Assembly: GCA_963737635.1 (NCBI GenBank)
Contig: CAVTTL010000001.1
Coordinates: forward strand, 1,824,001-1,888,000
Direction of reading: 5' to 3'
Length of the DNA stretch: 64,000 nt
Source: an uncultured Methanoregulaceae archaeon
GTDB lineage: Archaea; Halobacteriota; Methanomicrobia; Methanomicrobiales; Methanospirillaceae
Numbering within the stretch: position 1 is the first letter of the stretch; each line of letters begins with the position of its first letter. The translations under genes and the position numbers were made by a program. This document shows positions 11,265 through 22,441 of this stretch, one piece after another. The notes under the pieces are model-generated. The model was not told the origin of the DNA. It searched no databases and worked only from the letters and a program-made list of their open reading frames with translations.

Positions 11265-13131
11265 TCACTCGTCTTTGACTTTGTAGTCTGCGTTGACAAC
11301 GTTGTCGTCGGAAGTCTTTTCCGGTTCGGACGCTGACGGGCCGGAACCGCCTTCCGGCTGGCTCCCTGGCTGCTGTGCCGTTTGTTCAGCCTGCATCTTC
11401 TGGTAGATCTTTGTGGTCGCTGCGTAGACTGCCTCAGTCAGTGTCTCCATGGATTTCTTGATCTCGTCCGGGTTATCCCCGGAAAGGGCGGTCTTTGCCG
11501 CAGTGACGCCTTCTTCGATTTTCTGCTTATCTGCTGCATCGAGTTTGTCGCCGCTCTCCTTGATCATCTTTTCTGCCGTAAAGACTGCCGTGTCTGCCTG
11601 GTTACGAATCTCAATCTCGTCCCTCTTTTTCTTGTCTTCGGCTTCGAACTGTTTTGCGGCGTTCATCATCTTTTTGATATCTTCATCGGAGAGTTTCTTG
11701 TCTCCTTTGATGGAGATTGCCTGCTCATTACCCGTCCCGAGATCCTTTGCTGATACATGGATGATACCGTTCGAATCGATGTCAAAGGTGACTTCGATCT
11801 GCGGGATACCACGGGGGGCCGGTGGGATTCCGGTAAGCTGGAACTTACCCAGCGTGAAGTTATCCTTTGCAAGGGCGCGTTCACCCTGAACGACGTGGAT
11901 CTCGACACTGGTCTGACCATCGGCCGCGGTCGAGAAGATCTGGCTTTTGCGGGTAGGGATAGTGGTATTACGTTCGATGAGTTTGGTCGCAATTCCCCCC
12001 AGAGTCTCAATACCGAGTGTGAGCGGGGTCACATCGAGAAGCACGATATCTTTTGTCTCACCGGTCAGGTACAGCACCCTGAATACCGGCGCCCAGCGCC
12101 ACGCATTCATCAGGGTTGATACCCTTATCAGGTTCTTTTCCCAGCAGTTTCTTTACGGTTTCCTGCACAAGTGGGACCCGGGTGGATCCACCGACAAGAA
12201 GAACGTGGTCAATATCCTTTGGCTCAAGCTTTGCATCGCTGAGAGCCTGCTTGACCGGGCCCTCGGTCGAAGCGACGAGATCACCGATCAACTGTTCAAG
12301 TTTTGAACGGGAGAGATCGATATTGAGGAATTTCGGTCCGGTAGCATCCGTCGTGATGTACGGCAGGTTGATATTCGTCGTCTGACGCTGGGAGAGTTCG
12401 ATCTTTGCATTCTCAGACGCATCGCGCAGGCGCTGCATGGCATAGATATCGTTTTTGAGGTCAATGCCCTCCTTCTTTTTGAATTCATCGACGAGATAAT
12501 CAGTCACCAGTTTGTCGAAATCGTCTCCGCCGAGATGGTTGTTGCCCGCAGTAGACTTAACCTCGAACACGCCATCTCCCATCGTAAGAATGGAGACATC
12601 AAATGTCCCGCCGCCAAGATCGTAGACGAGAACCGTTACATCATGCTCCTTGTCAATACCATACGCGAGAGCGCTTGCCGTCGGTTCATTGATAATACGT
12701 AAGACCTCAAGGCCGGCAATCTTTCCTGCATCTTTCGTGGCCTGTCTCTGTGCATCGTTGAAGTAAGCGGGTACGGTAATGACTGCCTTGGTGATCTTTT
12801 CCCCGAGGTACGCCTCAGCATCAACTTTTAGTTTCTGGAGGATCATCGCGGAGATTTCCTGAGGCGTGTAATCCTTATCGCCAATTTTTACTTTCTCGGA
12901 TGTTCCCATCTTCCGCTTGATGGACTGGATGGTACGCTGGGGGTTAGTCACAGCCTGGCGTTTTGCAAGGCTTCCGACCAGGCGCTCCCCATCTTTGGTA
13001 AAAGCAACAACAGACGGGGTTGTTCGGGCTCCTTCACTGTTAGGTATAACGATGGGTTTACCCGCCTCCATGATCGACATGCAGGAGAAGGTGGTCCCAA
13101 GGTCGATACCCAGAATTTTCTCGTTTGCCAT
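11265..13131 (-). CDS. dnaK: Chaperone DnaK (Hsp70); apparent +1 indel ~12070
   Basis: [33 protein letters not shown]; removing one base restores GAVLTGETKD. Confidence 0.96.
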
Positions 13132-13170
13132 ATGAATCAATCCTCTTTTTATCGGCTCATTTTTTATTAT

Positions 13171-13710
13171 TCAAATATCCATTTCATCGTGCGATGTGTT
13201 TCCTTTGGATACTGCGACTTTTGCGAACCGGATCACTTTGTCGTGCATCCGGTACCCGGGAGACAAGACATCAACCACTGTTCCTTCTGTTTCATCAGAG
13301 GGAATATGCGCGACTGCCTCGTGTACACCGGGATCAAACGACTTCTTTAGTGCATCTATGGGCGAAATACCCTGTCGTGCAAGAATCCCGCCAAGCAGCT
13401 GGTGGATCTGTTCCACACCGGTACGGAGATGATCATCGTCAGCTTTGAGTGCCCGGTCCAGATTATCCACGACTTCAAGGATGTCAACGGCCAATCGCTC
13501 GTTTGCACGTTGCACCAGAGCTTCGTGGTCCCGGGTGGTCCGCTTACGGTAATTGTCGAAATCTGCTGCAAGCCTGAGGTACCGGTCGTTTAAATCCTCA
13601 CACCGCTTTTTCTGCTCCGCGAGTTCGTCACGCGACTGAGGCGGCGATACCGGAATCTCCGGCGATGCTTCATTATCGTCGTGCACTGGAGTAGAATCGT
13701 GATCTTCCAT
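13171..13710 (-). CDS. grpE: Nucleotide exchange factor GrpE
   Basis: LRLAADFDNYRKR, FDPGVHEAV, GYRMHDKVIR.AKVAV; lies upstream of dnaK. Confidence 0.95.
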   Translation of the reverse strand: MEDHDSTPVHDDNEASPEIPVSPPQSRDELAEQKKRCEDLNDRYLRLAADFDNYRKRTTRDHEALVQRANERLAVDILEVVDNLDRALKADDDHLRTGVEQIHQLLGGILARQGISPIDALKKSFDPGVHEAVAHIPSDETEGTVVDVLSPGYRMHDKVIRFAKVAVSKGNTSHDEMDI

Positions 13711-13999
13711 AGTCCATCCCATTCGATGTTCCACTATCTATTGAATTGTGGTTCTATATAATATTTGCGTAAGTACTGCCGACTGTATCTGTGAAATTAA
13801 TGGTTTTTATCGGAAGGATTGGGTCTTGACCGGGAAATCTCTCAAACCGGCCCGGCAAGTGGTTTTACCGGGAAGTCATAGGGCTCGGCAACTATTAGGT
13901 ACAGGATACCTGTTGATCTTATACAATCGCCTTTGGTTATCCGGGATTTCCGGTCATTTTGCATACCTTTTTTTGGCTTTGCTCCGCATACACTACACC

Positions 14000-15484
14000 A
14001 TGAAATGGGCGCTTCTTTCAGTATGGGATAAATCCGGTGTCGTTGAGCTGGCACAGGAGCTGGTCAAAAACAAATTCAGTATCCTGAGCTCCGGAGGGAC
14101 CGGCACAACACTTGCCGGGGCGGGAGTCCCTTTTACCGAAGTGTCGAGTTATACTGGTTTTCCGGAAATGATGGACGGAAGAGTCAAAACGCTTCACCCT
14201 AAAGTCCACGGAGGTCTCCTGGGACGCCGCCACATCGACGATGCGGTCATGACAAAATACGGGATCAACCGTATCGATCTGCTGGTTGTGAACCTGTACC
14301 CCTTTGAGCGCATGGCGAGCGGATCGATGGTGCTCGACAAGATTATCGAATATATCGATGTAGGAGGGCCGGCCATGATCCGGGCTGCGGCAAAGAATTT
14401 CAAGGATGTGGCGGTGGTTGTCGACCCTGCAGATTACCCTTCAGTGATCAAAACCATCAGCGATGCCGGCTTTTCCCAGGAACAGCGGCTGATGCTGGCC
14501 AAAAAGGCATTCGCCCGGACCGCTGCTTACGATGCTGCTATCAGTAATTACCTTTCGAATCTTGATATGACGTTTCCTCCCACCCTTTCCCTCCAGTATA
14601 CCAACGGGCGGATGCTTAGGTACGGTGAGAACCCGCACCAGCAGGCTGCGGTTTATGGTACTGCCGGTGTCGCGGCTGCGGAACCTCTCCAGGGCAAACA
14701 GATGTCCTATAACAACTATCTCGACGTTAATGCAGGCACATCCCTGTTAGCAGAATTTGAAGAACCTGCAGCCGTGATTGTCAAGCACAACAATCCCTGT
14801 GGGGTCTCTATCGGTACCGATGTTCTTGACGCATACCTGACTGCGCGCGAAGTCGACCCGTCATCAGCGTACGGCTCGGTAGTTTCCCTGAACCGTGAAG
14901 TAGACAAAGAATGCGCAGAAGAGATCAATTCAACCTTTGTTGAGGTTGTGGTAGCACCATCATTCACCAAGAATGCGCTTAACACTATGAAAGCAAAAGA
15001 GAATATGCGGGTGCTCCTCCTCCCGGAACGGGTAAATGCCGATGAAGTACGCACTATCGATGGCGGTATTCTTATTCAGAGGACCGCTCCTTACCAGGAA
15101 AATTGGAAAGTAATCACCGATCGCGATCCTACTACAGATGAGATGCAGGCTCTGCGAATCGCCTGGAAAGTCTGTAAGCACACCAAGAGTAACTCGATTA
15201 TCTTTGCTGACCAGAAGCGCACCCTCGGTATCGGAGCCGGGCAGATGAGCAGGGTGGACTCAGCAAGGATTGCAATCGAGAAAGCCTGTGCATCGCTTTC
15301 AGGCTCCGCCGTTGCTTCAGATGCATTCCTTCCCTTCCCGGATACTCTGGAGGTTGCGGCAGAAGCCGGTGCCACTGCGCTTGTGCAGCCCGGAGGATCC
15401 ATCCGGGACAAAGAGGTCACCGAAGTTGCAAACAAGCTGAATGTAGCGATGGTGTTTACCGGGGTGAGGTATTTCAGACACTGA
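14000..15484 (+). CDS. purH: Bifunctional AICAR formyltransferase/IMP cyclohydrolase
   Basis: MKWALLSVWDK, GRVKTLHP, IDVGGPAMIRAAAKN, YGENPHQ, KHNNPCG, GAGQMSRVDS, C-terminal RYFRH. Confidence 0.96.
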   Translation: MKWALLSVWDKSGVVELAQELVKNKFSILSSGGTGTTLAGAGVPFTEVSSYTGFPEMMDGRVKTLHPKVHGGLLGRRHIDDAVMTKYGINRIDLLVVNLYPFERMASGSMVLDKIIEYIDVGGPAMIRAAAKNFKDVAVVVDPADYPSVIKTISDAGFSQEQRLMLAKKAFARTAAYDAAISNYLSNLDMTFPPTLSLQYTNGRMLRYGENPHQQAAVYGTAGVAAAEPLQGKQMSYNNYLDVNAGTSLLAEFEEPAAVIVKHNNPCGVSIGTDVLDAYLTAREVDPSSAYGSVVSLNREVDKECAEEINSTFVEVVVAPSFTKNALNTMKAKENMRVLLLPERVNADEVRTIDGGILIQRTAPYQENWKVITDRDPTTDEMQALRIAWKVCKHTKSNSIIFADQKRTLGIGAGQMSRVDSARIAIEKACASLSGSAVASDAFLPFPDTLEVAAEAGATALVQPGGSIRDKEVTEVANKLNVAMVFTGVRYFRH

Positions 15485-15486
15485 TA

Positions 15487-15510
15487 ATTTTTTGATCTTT
15501 TTTGTTTTTA
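15487..15510 (+). terminator. Oligo-T tract, likely archaeal intrinsic terminator of purH
   Basis: TTTTTTGATCTTTTTTGTTTTT directly after the stop codon. Confidence 0.5.
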
Positions 15511-15599
15511 AGCCGAATTTTGAAATATCTATTTATTCTGCGAAGTTATTATAACCCATATATATCGTTTGTGGCTTGTATGGTCACGAGGTGAATGAA

Positions 15600-16286
15600 A
15601 TGGATTATGGAACTCTGATCGGGAACTCCTATACCTACGTAAAAGAGGGTGTTATCGACAAGGTGAACAACTGGCTGCTGTTGATGGTTGCCACGCTTAT
15701 CCTGACCATCCCCCTGATGGGATATATCCTCAATGTGTACCGTGGAACAAATCCTGCCCCTGAAGTTGAAAACTGGATTAAGATTTTCGTTGACGGCATT
15801 CTTCTTCTGATTATCGGGGTAATCTACGCCATTCCGGTCATTATCCTTGAACTACTCATTGTAGGCACAGCCCTTGTATCAACGATGGGAAGAAACCCGG
15901 CAGCTATGATGACCGGTATAGCAGGTGCTGGCATTCTTGCAGTTCTCCTGATAGTTGTTGCCATCATCATCGCCATCATCTCACCTATCGGCTTCATCCG
16001 GTTTGCACGAACGGGAAACGTTGGCGAAGCCTTCAATTTCGGCCAGATTATTGCCACTATAAAAAAGATTGGCTGGCTCAACTACATCCTTGCACTTATC
16101 GTTGTTGCTATTGTAGTCGGCATACCCTCCCTCATTCTCTGGGTCATCATTGCAGGACTCGTGCTTGCATTGTCAATTGTGGGGTTGGTTATCGCCGCTA
16201 TCCTCCTGCTTGTCGTCCTCCCGGTTCTCGCAGTATTCGAAGCACGGTACCTCACCCAGGTTTACGACAGTGTCGGGACCGCATAA
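15600..16286 (+). CDS. DUF4013-family membrane protein
   Basis: GYxxxVYRG..PAPE..W..IFVDG and GFIRFARTG..GEAFNF motifs. Confidence 0.8.
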   Translation: MDYGTLIGNSYTYVKEGVIDKVNNWLLLMVATLILTIPLMGYILNVYRGTNPAPEVENWIKIFVDGILLLIIGVIYAIPVIILELLIVGTALVSTMGRNPAAMMTGIAGAGILAVLLIVVAIIIAIISPIGFIRFARTGNVGEAFNFGQIIATIKKIGWLNYILALIVVAIVVGIPSLILWVIIAGLVLALSIVGLVIAAILLLVVLPVLAVFEARYLTQVYDSVGTA

Positions 16287-16381
16287 TATTTTTCATAGTG
16301 ATGTAGGAATCGTTCCTGTCGTTTTTTGACAAGATATTCTTTTAACGTTCGCATCCTAACGCTACAGAATACGTGATAGGT

Positions 16382-17146
16382 ATGGAATTCGGTACGATGC
16401 TTGAAGATTCATTCTCCTATGCAAAGGAGGGTGTGTGGGGACAATGGAAACGCTGGCTGCTCCTGATAGTCAGCCTGATTATTTTCCCGTTGATTCTCGG
16501 GTACGTGGTACGGATTTACCGTGGGGAGAAACCGGCCCCCGAATTGACCGAATGGGGCAGGATGTTTATCGACGGGCTTAAACTTCTCGTCGTAAGCGTG
16601 GTCTATGCCCTCCCCATCATCCTGCTCGTGGTGGCGGCGTTTCTTCCGCTGGTCTCTGCATTCGTATCCTCGGGAGGATATGCGATGGACTTTGCGACCA
16701 TGACCCAGGCCCAGACTCAACAATGGCTGACGTCCCATCCGCAGCTGATGTCTGCAGCTGTTTCGATGGCCGCCATTCTGATCGTGGCAGGACTTGTCGC
16801 TATTGTGATAACCATCTTCTCGTTTATCGGGACCGTCAGATTTGCAAGGACCGGGAAGATTGGCGAAGGATTCAACTTTTCGGCGATCCTTGCCACGATC
16901 GGTAGGATCGGCTGGTTAAGTTATATCGCTGCGTTAATCATCATCGGCATTATCGGCATCATCTTGTGGATGATTGTCCACATCCTCAGTTTCATCCCGG
17001 TCTGTGGCGGGGTCCTCTTCCTGATCGCTGCCCTCATCCTGTATCCGCCCTTTATCCTCTTTGTAAGCAGGTATGCGGCGCTTGTGTACGAACACGGGGA
17101 ACCTGCGGCACCGGCCAGACAGCCGGTAACCCCGGAAACTCCCTGA
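16382..17146 (+). CDS. DUF4013-family membrane protein (tandem paralogue)
   Basis: GYVVRIYRG..PAPE..W..MFIDG and GTVRFARTG..GEGFNF motifs. Confidence 0.8.
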   Translation: MEFGTMLEDSFSYAKEGVWGQWKRWLLLIVSLIIFPLILGYVVRIYRGEKPAPELTEWGRMFIDGLKLLVVSVVYALPIILLVVAAFLPLVSAFVSSGGYAMDFATMTQAQTQQWLTSHPQLMSAAVSMAAILIVAGLVAIVITIFSFIGTVRFARTGKIGEGFNFSAILATIGRIGWLSYIAALIIIGIIGIILWMIVHILSFIPVCGGVLFLIAALILYPPFILFVSRYAALVYEHGEPAAPARQPVTPETP

Positions 17147-17222
17147 ACTTTCTTGAGTCAAAAGGGTTGTCAGGAAACCATTTGCCCGACGCCGGAAAAA
17201 TACGTGTTTCCTGATCAGCCGG

Positions 17223-18865
17223 CTATCGCTGCACTGCGCCAAGATTTGCCTGTTCCACGGTCTTTGCGTACCGGGCAAGGACACCTGTGAGCGATTTTAC
17301 CGGAGGCTTCCATGTTGCTTTCCGGAATTCAAGCGTTTGGGGATCAACCAGCAGATCGATCGTTCTTGCAAAAAGATCGATTGCTATGCGATCACCATCA
17401 CGTACAAAAGCGATCGGCCCTCCCACTGCCGCCTCCGGGGCGACATGTCCGATACAGGGGCCCCGGTCCCTCCGGAAAAGCGGCCATCAGTAATAAGAAC
17501 AACGTTCTTGTAGCCAACACCCATCAGGGCTGACGTCGCTGAGAGCATCTCCGGCATGCCCGGGCCGCCACGCGGCCCCTCATTTCTGATGATGAGAACG
17601 TCCCCTTCATGGATCTGCCGGGAGAGTATAGCAGCCATCGCAGGCTCCTCTGCATCGAAGACCCGGGCAGGACCCGTGTGTTTCCAAATCTCTTTGGGGA
17701 CAGCGGCAGATTTGACGACCGATCCATCCGGTGCAAGGGATCCAAAGAGAATACGCAGACCGCCTGCGGCGTTTACCGGTGCATGCAGACTCCTGATAAC
17801 TTCCTCATTGTGTATCTCCGCCTCGTCTGCGATCCGGTGAATGGTCACCCCGGAGACCGTGGGACAGTTATCAAGATGCTTTTGAAGTCGTTTGAGAACC
17901 GCAGGAATACCACCGGCACGGTACAGCGCCTGCATTGAATGGGGACCCGCGGGAAGCATGTAACAGATATGCGGGATCTCATCGGCAATACGATTGAAAT
18001 CTTCAAGCGAGAGGGGTACCTCCGCCTCGGTGGCAATCGCCATGAGATGGAGCACGGTGTTAGTGGAACCGCCAAGCGCCATGTCTACCCGGATCGCATT
18101 TTCCAGGCTCTGTTTTGTGACAATGTCACGCGGTGTGACATTCTTTTTTACCAGCGAGATGATAGCCTCGCCACTCTCCCGGGCTATCCGCAGTTTCGCT
18201 GCGTCCACCGCTGGGATTGCTGCGCAGCCGGAGAGAGACAATCCCATGGTCTCGGTCATGCAGGCCATCGTATTTGCGGTATAAAGACCCTGGCAGCTCC
18301 CGCACCCTGGCATGGCGCAGCATTCCATGTCTTTAAGCGATGTCTCATCCATGACTCCTGCAGCGACTTTTCCGACAGCTTCGAACACATCGATAAGCGA
18401 GAGATCTTTTCCGTCCATGCTGCCCGGGAGCATCGCTCCCCCGGTGACCACGACTGTCGGGATATTCGTTCTGACTGCGGCCATGAGCATGCCGGGGACA
18501 ATCTTATCACAAGTGCCGACGCACACAAGGCCGTCGAAACGATGCGCCTGTGCCATAAGTTCGATCGAGTCGGCAATATTCTCCCGCGAGGGAAGCGAAT
18601 ATCTCATTCCCTCATGTCCCATGGCAATCCCGTCACAGATACCAATAACCCCGAATTCAAACGGAACGCCCCCGGCCGCGGCAATGCCTTCACGTACCTT
18701 GTCTGAGAGCTGGCGCAGATGAGTGTGGCCGGGCACAATGGTATTATACGCATTGGCAATTCCGATAAAAGGGAGTTCCATCTCCCGTTCCGTGACACCG
18801 AGCGATCGCAGAAGCGAACGGTTTGGAGCCCGTTCGTACCCCTTCCTGACCTTGTCGCTTCGCAT
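17223..18865 (-). CDS. ilvD: Dihydroxy-acid dehydratase; apparent -1 indel ~17465
   Basis: [36 protein letters not shown]; adding one C restores [25 protein letters not shown]. Confidence 0.95.
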
Positions 18866-18989
18866 ATCCGTCATCACCTGATGATTGCCCCGCTTGAATC
18901 ATGAATCTGTTGTCGCATTGCGTGTGGTATCCGGTGCAAAGACTGTCCTATCCGAAAAAAAGTGATTATGGTGAGTTCGTGAGTGCCAG

Positions 18990-19286
18990 TTACCTTTCAG
19001 GACACGTAAAATCATTTAACGGGAAAAAATGAGATCTTACGACGGCCCGGGTTAAAAAAATGCATTTTTTGTATAATGATACATCGCGTTGCCGTTTCAA
19101 CCGGTCTTTACCGGATGCTTTCCCTTTTTTGCTATCATTCAGGATAACGTAGGCCATCAGGCCGAAAATAATGCCAACGGCGAGAGCGAAAGCCAGTGGA
19201 TTACCTATCACGGTTACGATAAACGTGACGATGATCCCAAGAAGTATTCCTTTAATCTTCGGGCTTTTAAGTTCCTGAACATGCAT
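18990..19286 (-). CDS. Small hypothetical 2-TM membrane protein
   Basis: Two hydrophobic segments followed by a Lys-rich tail; fills the gap between ilvD and cbiE. Confidence 0.45.
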   Translation of the reverse strand: MHVQELKSPKIKGILLGIIVTFIVTVIGNPLAFALAVGIIFGLMAYVILNDSKKGKASGKDRLKRQRDVSLYKKCIFLTRAVVRSHFFPLNDFTCPER

Positions 19287-19448
19287 ACCAGTTCATATTG
19301 GTACTTCAGATAAATAGGCATCACTGTGGGAAGGGACATGGAGCATATCCCGGGAAGTTTTTTGAATTATATTGTCTTCCATTTTGGGTTATTACCATCG
19401 ATATTACGTGCTTTTCAAGGAACGAGCTATCCTCGATTTCCACCCTGT

Positions 19449-20042
19449 TCATTGCCCAAACTGACCGATAACAAGCGAATAGAGATCTGCATTTGGCAAA
19501 GGGGGAGCAGTAAGGTCGCCCGTCAAGATCAGCTCGTCAGGATAACCGAGGTTTTCACAGATCGCAATCCTGATCGAGGCATACAGTCCCATCGTCCCGA
19601 GGCGACGGTACAATTCTATTACGTCAAATTTGGGGTCCGCGATAAGAAAAACAATTTTTTCCCGGCGCAGTTCTTCAATGGTTTCCTGCATTGCCCGGTC
19701 ATGACCCCGCCCGTGAGCAACGATCACAGCGACCCGGGAGAGCGGGATGTGCAACCGGGCGGCAGCAACCTGGAGCGACGAGATGCCGGGGATCACTTCA
19801 CCGGGCAGATAGCCAAGGCCGGCAAGCATGGGATCGCCGGTCGAGAGAATTACGGCATTTTCAGGCAGCTGCGAGAGGTTCCGGTAATCGCTGATAGACC
19901 TTACGGTGCAGTTCTTCGGGATCAGTTTTCGCACCATTTCGATGGCCCGGCCAGACCCATAGATAAAACGGGCCGACCTGATAGCCTGTGAAGCCTGTTC
20001 CGTGACCATCCCCGGCCCACATCCCACCCCGACGATCTTCAT
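19449..20042 (-). CDS. cbiE: Cobalt-precorrin-7 C5-methyltransferase
   Basis: IVGVGCGPG, LSTGDPMLAGLG, IPGISSLQVAAARL, CENLGYPDE; in cbi cluster. Confidence 0.9.
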   Translation of the reverse strand: MKIVGVGCGPGMVTEQASQAIRSARFIYGSGRAIEMVRKLIPKNCTVRSISDYRNLSQLPENAVILSTGDPMLAGLGYLPGEVIPGISSLQVAAARLHIPLSRVAVIVAHGRGHDRAMQETIEELRREKIVFLIADPKFDVIELYRRLGTMGLYASIRIAICENLGYPDELILTGDLTAPPLPNADLYSLVIGQFGQ

Positions 20043-21044
20043 GGACTCTCCGCGATAATCTCTCCATCCCTATTCACAAGCACAACCCGGATATCAGGAT
20101 GTTCTTTTCTGTACGCTGCAAGGATTGGCGTGGCAACCTGCACAAAAACCAGCGATGCAGCCAGTTCCTCAACAGTCTTGTAGCCTGTCTGCTCCAAGAT
20201 ATGTGGCTCGATATATTTTAAAATCAGCGCAGGGAGCCCACAGAGTGTTACCTCACCTTTCGCAGCAGACAATGCTTCGCCGATCTTTCCCCCGACGAGC
20301 ACAACTTCGCGAATCCGGGAAGAGAAGACGCGAGTACCGGAGCCCGACCCTCCCGGTAGTAATGACGATGTGAGATGCACCGGCAACCCGGGTGAGGACG
20401 GACGCTTCCAGATGGTCGTCCCATGGTTCGACAAGCCCGGTCGATCCCAGAACGGAGATCCCGCCTTCGATCCCGACCCGGGGGTTGAGAGTCTTTTCTG
20501 CGATACGTTCGCCATCAGGGATCGAGAGCCTGACCGTAGCACCCGGAAGACAACTTTCATCGAGGGCTTCCTGCATGGAAAAAAGAATGCAGGCAAGCGG
20601 TGTTTCGCTAATCACAGGCGCCCCTTTCGGGTACCGGGGCGTATCGCGGACAAACCGGCCGATGCCCTGTCCCGGTACAAGGGAAAGACCCTTCTCTGCG
20701 ACAGCGGCCTCTGCTACAAATTCAATACCTGCCGTTACATCCGAAGGATAGTCCCCGGCATATTTCCTGCATGATGCCTCTCCGGCCCGGGCTGTAACAG
20801 GAAGGTCTGCCACCAGACCGCAGGGAAGTTTTACGGTGACCTGCGAAACAGCACCGGAAAGGGAAAGGATAGCAGCCTTACATGCGGCAGCAGCCGTAGT
20901 CCCCGTCGTGAACCCACGCCGGAGGATCGTGCCCGATGCCGTCAGGACCGCAAAACCCTGTGAAACACGATCGAGTTCCTGGATATCGGAGACCTTCTCC
21001 TGCCAGCCTTCGGGATAGATGAAACCGGTGACCGGGTCTCTCAT
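20039..21044 (-). CDS. cbiD: Cobalt-precorrin-5B C1-methyltransferase; apparent +1 indel ~20312
   Basis: LRRGFTTGTTAAAACKAA, KYAGD..DVT, TLNPRVGIEGGISVLGSTG. Confidence 0.92.
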
Positions 21045-21705
21045 GACCCCGCTCCCTCGATCAGCAGGGTAATGCATTCATTGATAGCTGCGACCGCTAC
21101 GGGAGTTCCTCCCCGGGTGCCTTCGGTCGAAACGGAGGGGATTTCAAGGGTCCGGAGGAGAGCCTTTGATTCCGCTGCGTTGACAAAACCGACCGGTGCA
21201 CCAATAATGACCGCCGGGCGGATACCTTCCTTTATCATTTCGCAGATGGTAAGGAGGGCAGACGGGGCATTTCCTATAACTACAATGGCACCCGGCATCC
21301 GGTCCCGGAGAGCAACAAAACCGGCAGAACTCCTCGTAATCCCCCTCTCACGGGCAATCTCGTCGCCATAATCCAGTGCACACAGGATCTCCGATTGGTG
21401 CCCGTTCTTCTGGATCCCCACCTGTACCATCCGGATGTCGGTGATGATGGGAGCCCGGTCTTCAGCGCCCTGACCGTTGCCGTCACCGGCTCGGCATTGA
21501 ATCGCAGGAGATCGGCCATGGCAAAATCCCCTACGGCGACGGAGCATCGCTGGCGCACCCGGTCTTCGGGAGTCCGGTCTCCTACCATTTTCCGGGCAAG
21601 CATGCGCGAGGTCTTGGAGATCTCGTAAGCCTCCGGGGTGGTTGCACCTAAATCAATATACGTATTTGCGGTGGTACCCGCGTGGCGTGATGATTCCTTT
21701 GACAT
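21041..21705 (-). CDS. cbiC: Cobalt-precorrin-8 methylmutase; apparent -1 indel ~21455
   Basis: IITDIRMV, GITRS, VIGNAPSAL, IGAPVGFVNAAESK, GTRGGTPVAVAAIN. Confidence 0.92.
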
Positions 21706-22441
21706 CGTTACCCATCCTCCATATTCTGCTTTCGCTCCCGCCAATAATAACTGTCGTGTGCATGTCGACCTCATCAATCATATGCTCGATCTCACCGAGC
21801 GTTGTGATAACAGGTTTTGTCCCTCCCTTGCGAAGGGCATTTTTTACGATCGCAACCGGCACTGTAGCCGGATAGTATTTCCTTGCATGCTCAAGGGCGA
21901 GAGCAAAATTATGCGGCCGACCACGACTCCGGGGATTGTAGATCACCACTGGCATCCCGACCGAGAAGACCGCATCGAGCCGCTGCTCGATCACCTCGAG
22001 TGGCGTAAGAAGATCCGAGAGACTTATAACTGCGAAATCCCCGGATAAAGGGGACCCGGTAAGAGACGCGGCAGCGTTTGCCGCCGTGACGCCGGGTACG
22101 ATCTCTACCGGGATGGTTGCGCCCGAATGCTCAAGCACTTCAAGCACGATTCCGGCCATCCCATACACGCCGGCATCCCCGCCGGAGACAATAGCAACCG
22201 GGTGTGATTGTGCAAGCTCGATGGCTTTTCTGGCCCGTTCGACCTCTTTTCCCATCGAGCTCCGGATCACCTGCTTGCCGTCAAGGAGCGGCTGGATCGC
22301 GTCAAGATAACTGTCGTTTCCGATCACGTATTCTGCATGGGAGAGCACATCAGCAGCACGGCCGGTCATATACTCCGGGAACCCGGGACCGATCCCCACG
22401 ATCCAGAGACCGTTTGACTGATGTTCAGCGGGCAATGGCAA
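21653..22441 (-). CDS. cbiH: Cobalt-factor III C17-methyltransferase
   Basis: VGIGPG, VSGGDAGVYGMA, DFAVISLSDLLTP, YNPRSRGR, TPRGY. Confidence 0.93.
   Translation of the reverse strand: MPLPAEHQSNGLWIVGIGPGFPEYMTGRAADVLSHAEYVIGNDSYLDAIQPLLDGKQVIRSSMGKEVERARKAIELAQSHPVAIVSGGDAGVYGMAGIVLEVLEHSGATIPVEIVPGVTAANAAASLTGSPLSGDFAVISLSDLLTPLEVIEQRLDAVFSVGMPVVIYNPRSRGRPHNFALALEHARKYYPATVPVAIVKNALRKGGTKPVITTLGEIEHMIDEVDMHTTVIIGGSESRIWRMGNDVKGIITPRGYHRKYVY

Noticed and set aside
12058-12060. TGA in dnaK (and hemC) as selenocysteine/readthrough
   Set aside because: The protein continues in a different frame, so readthrough would not restore it
13748-13999. Long N-terminal extensions in ORF track for purH, hemB, alaS and DUF39 (52812)
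   Set aside because: Homology starts at downstream ATGs; extensions run through promoters or the antisense of neighbours
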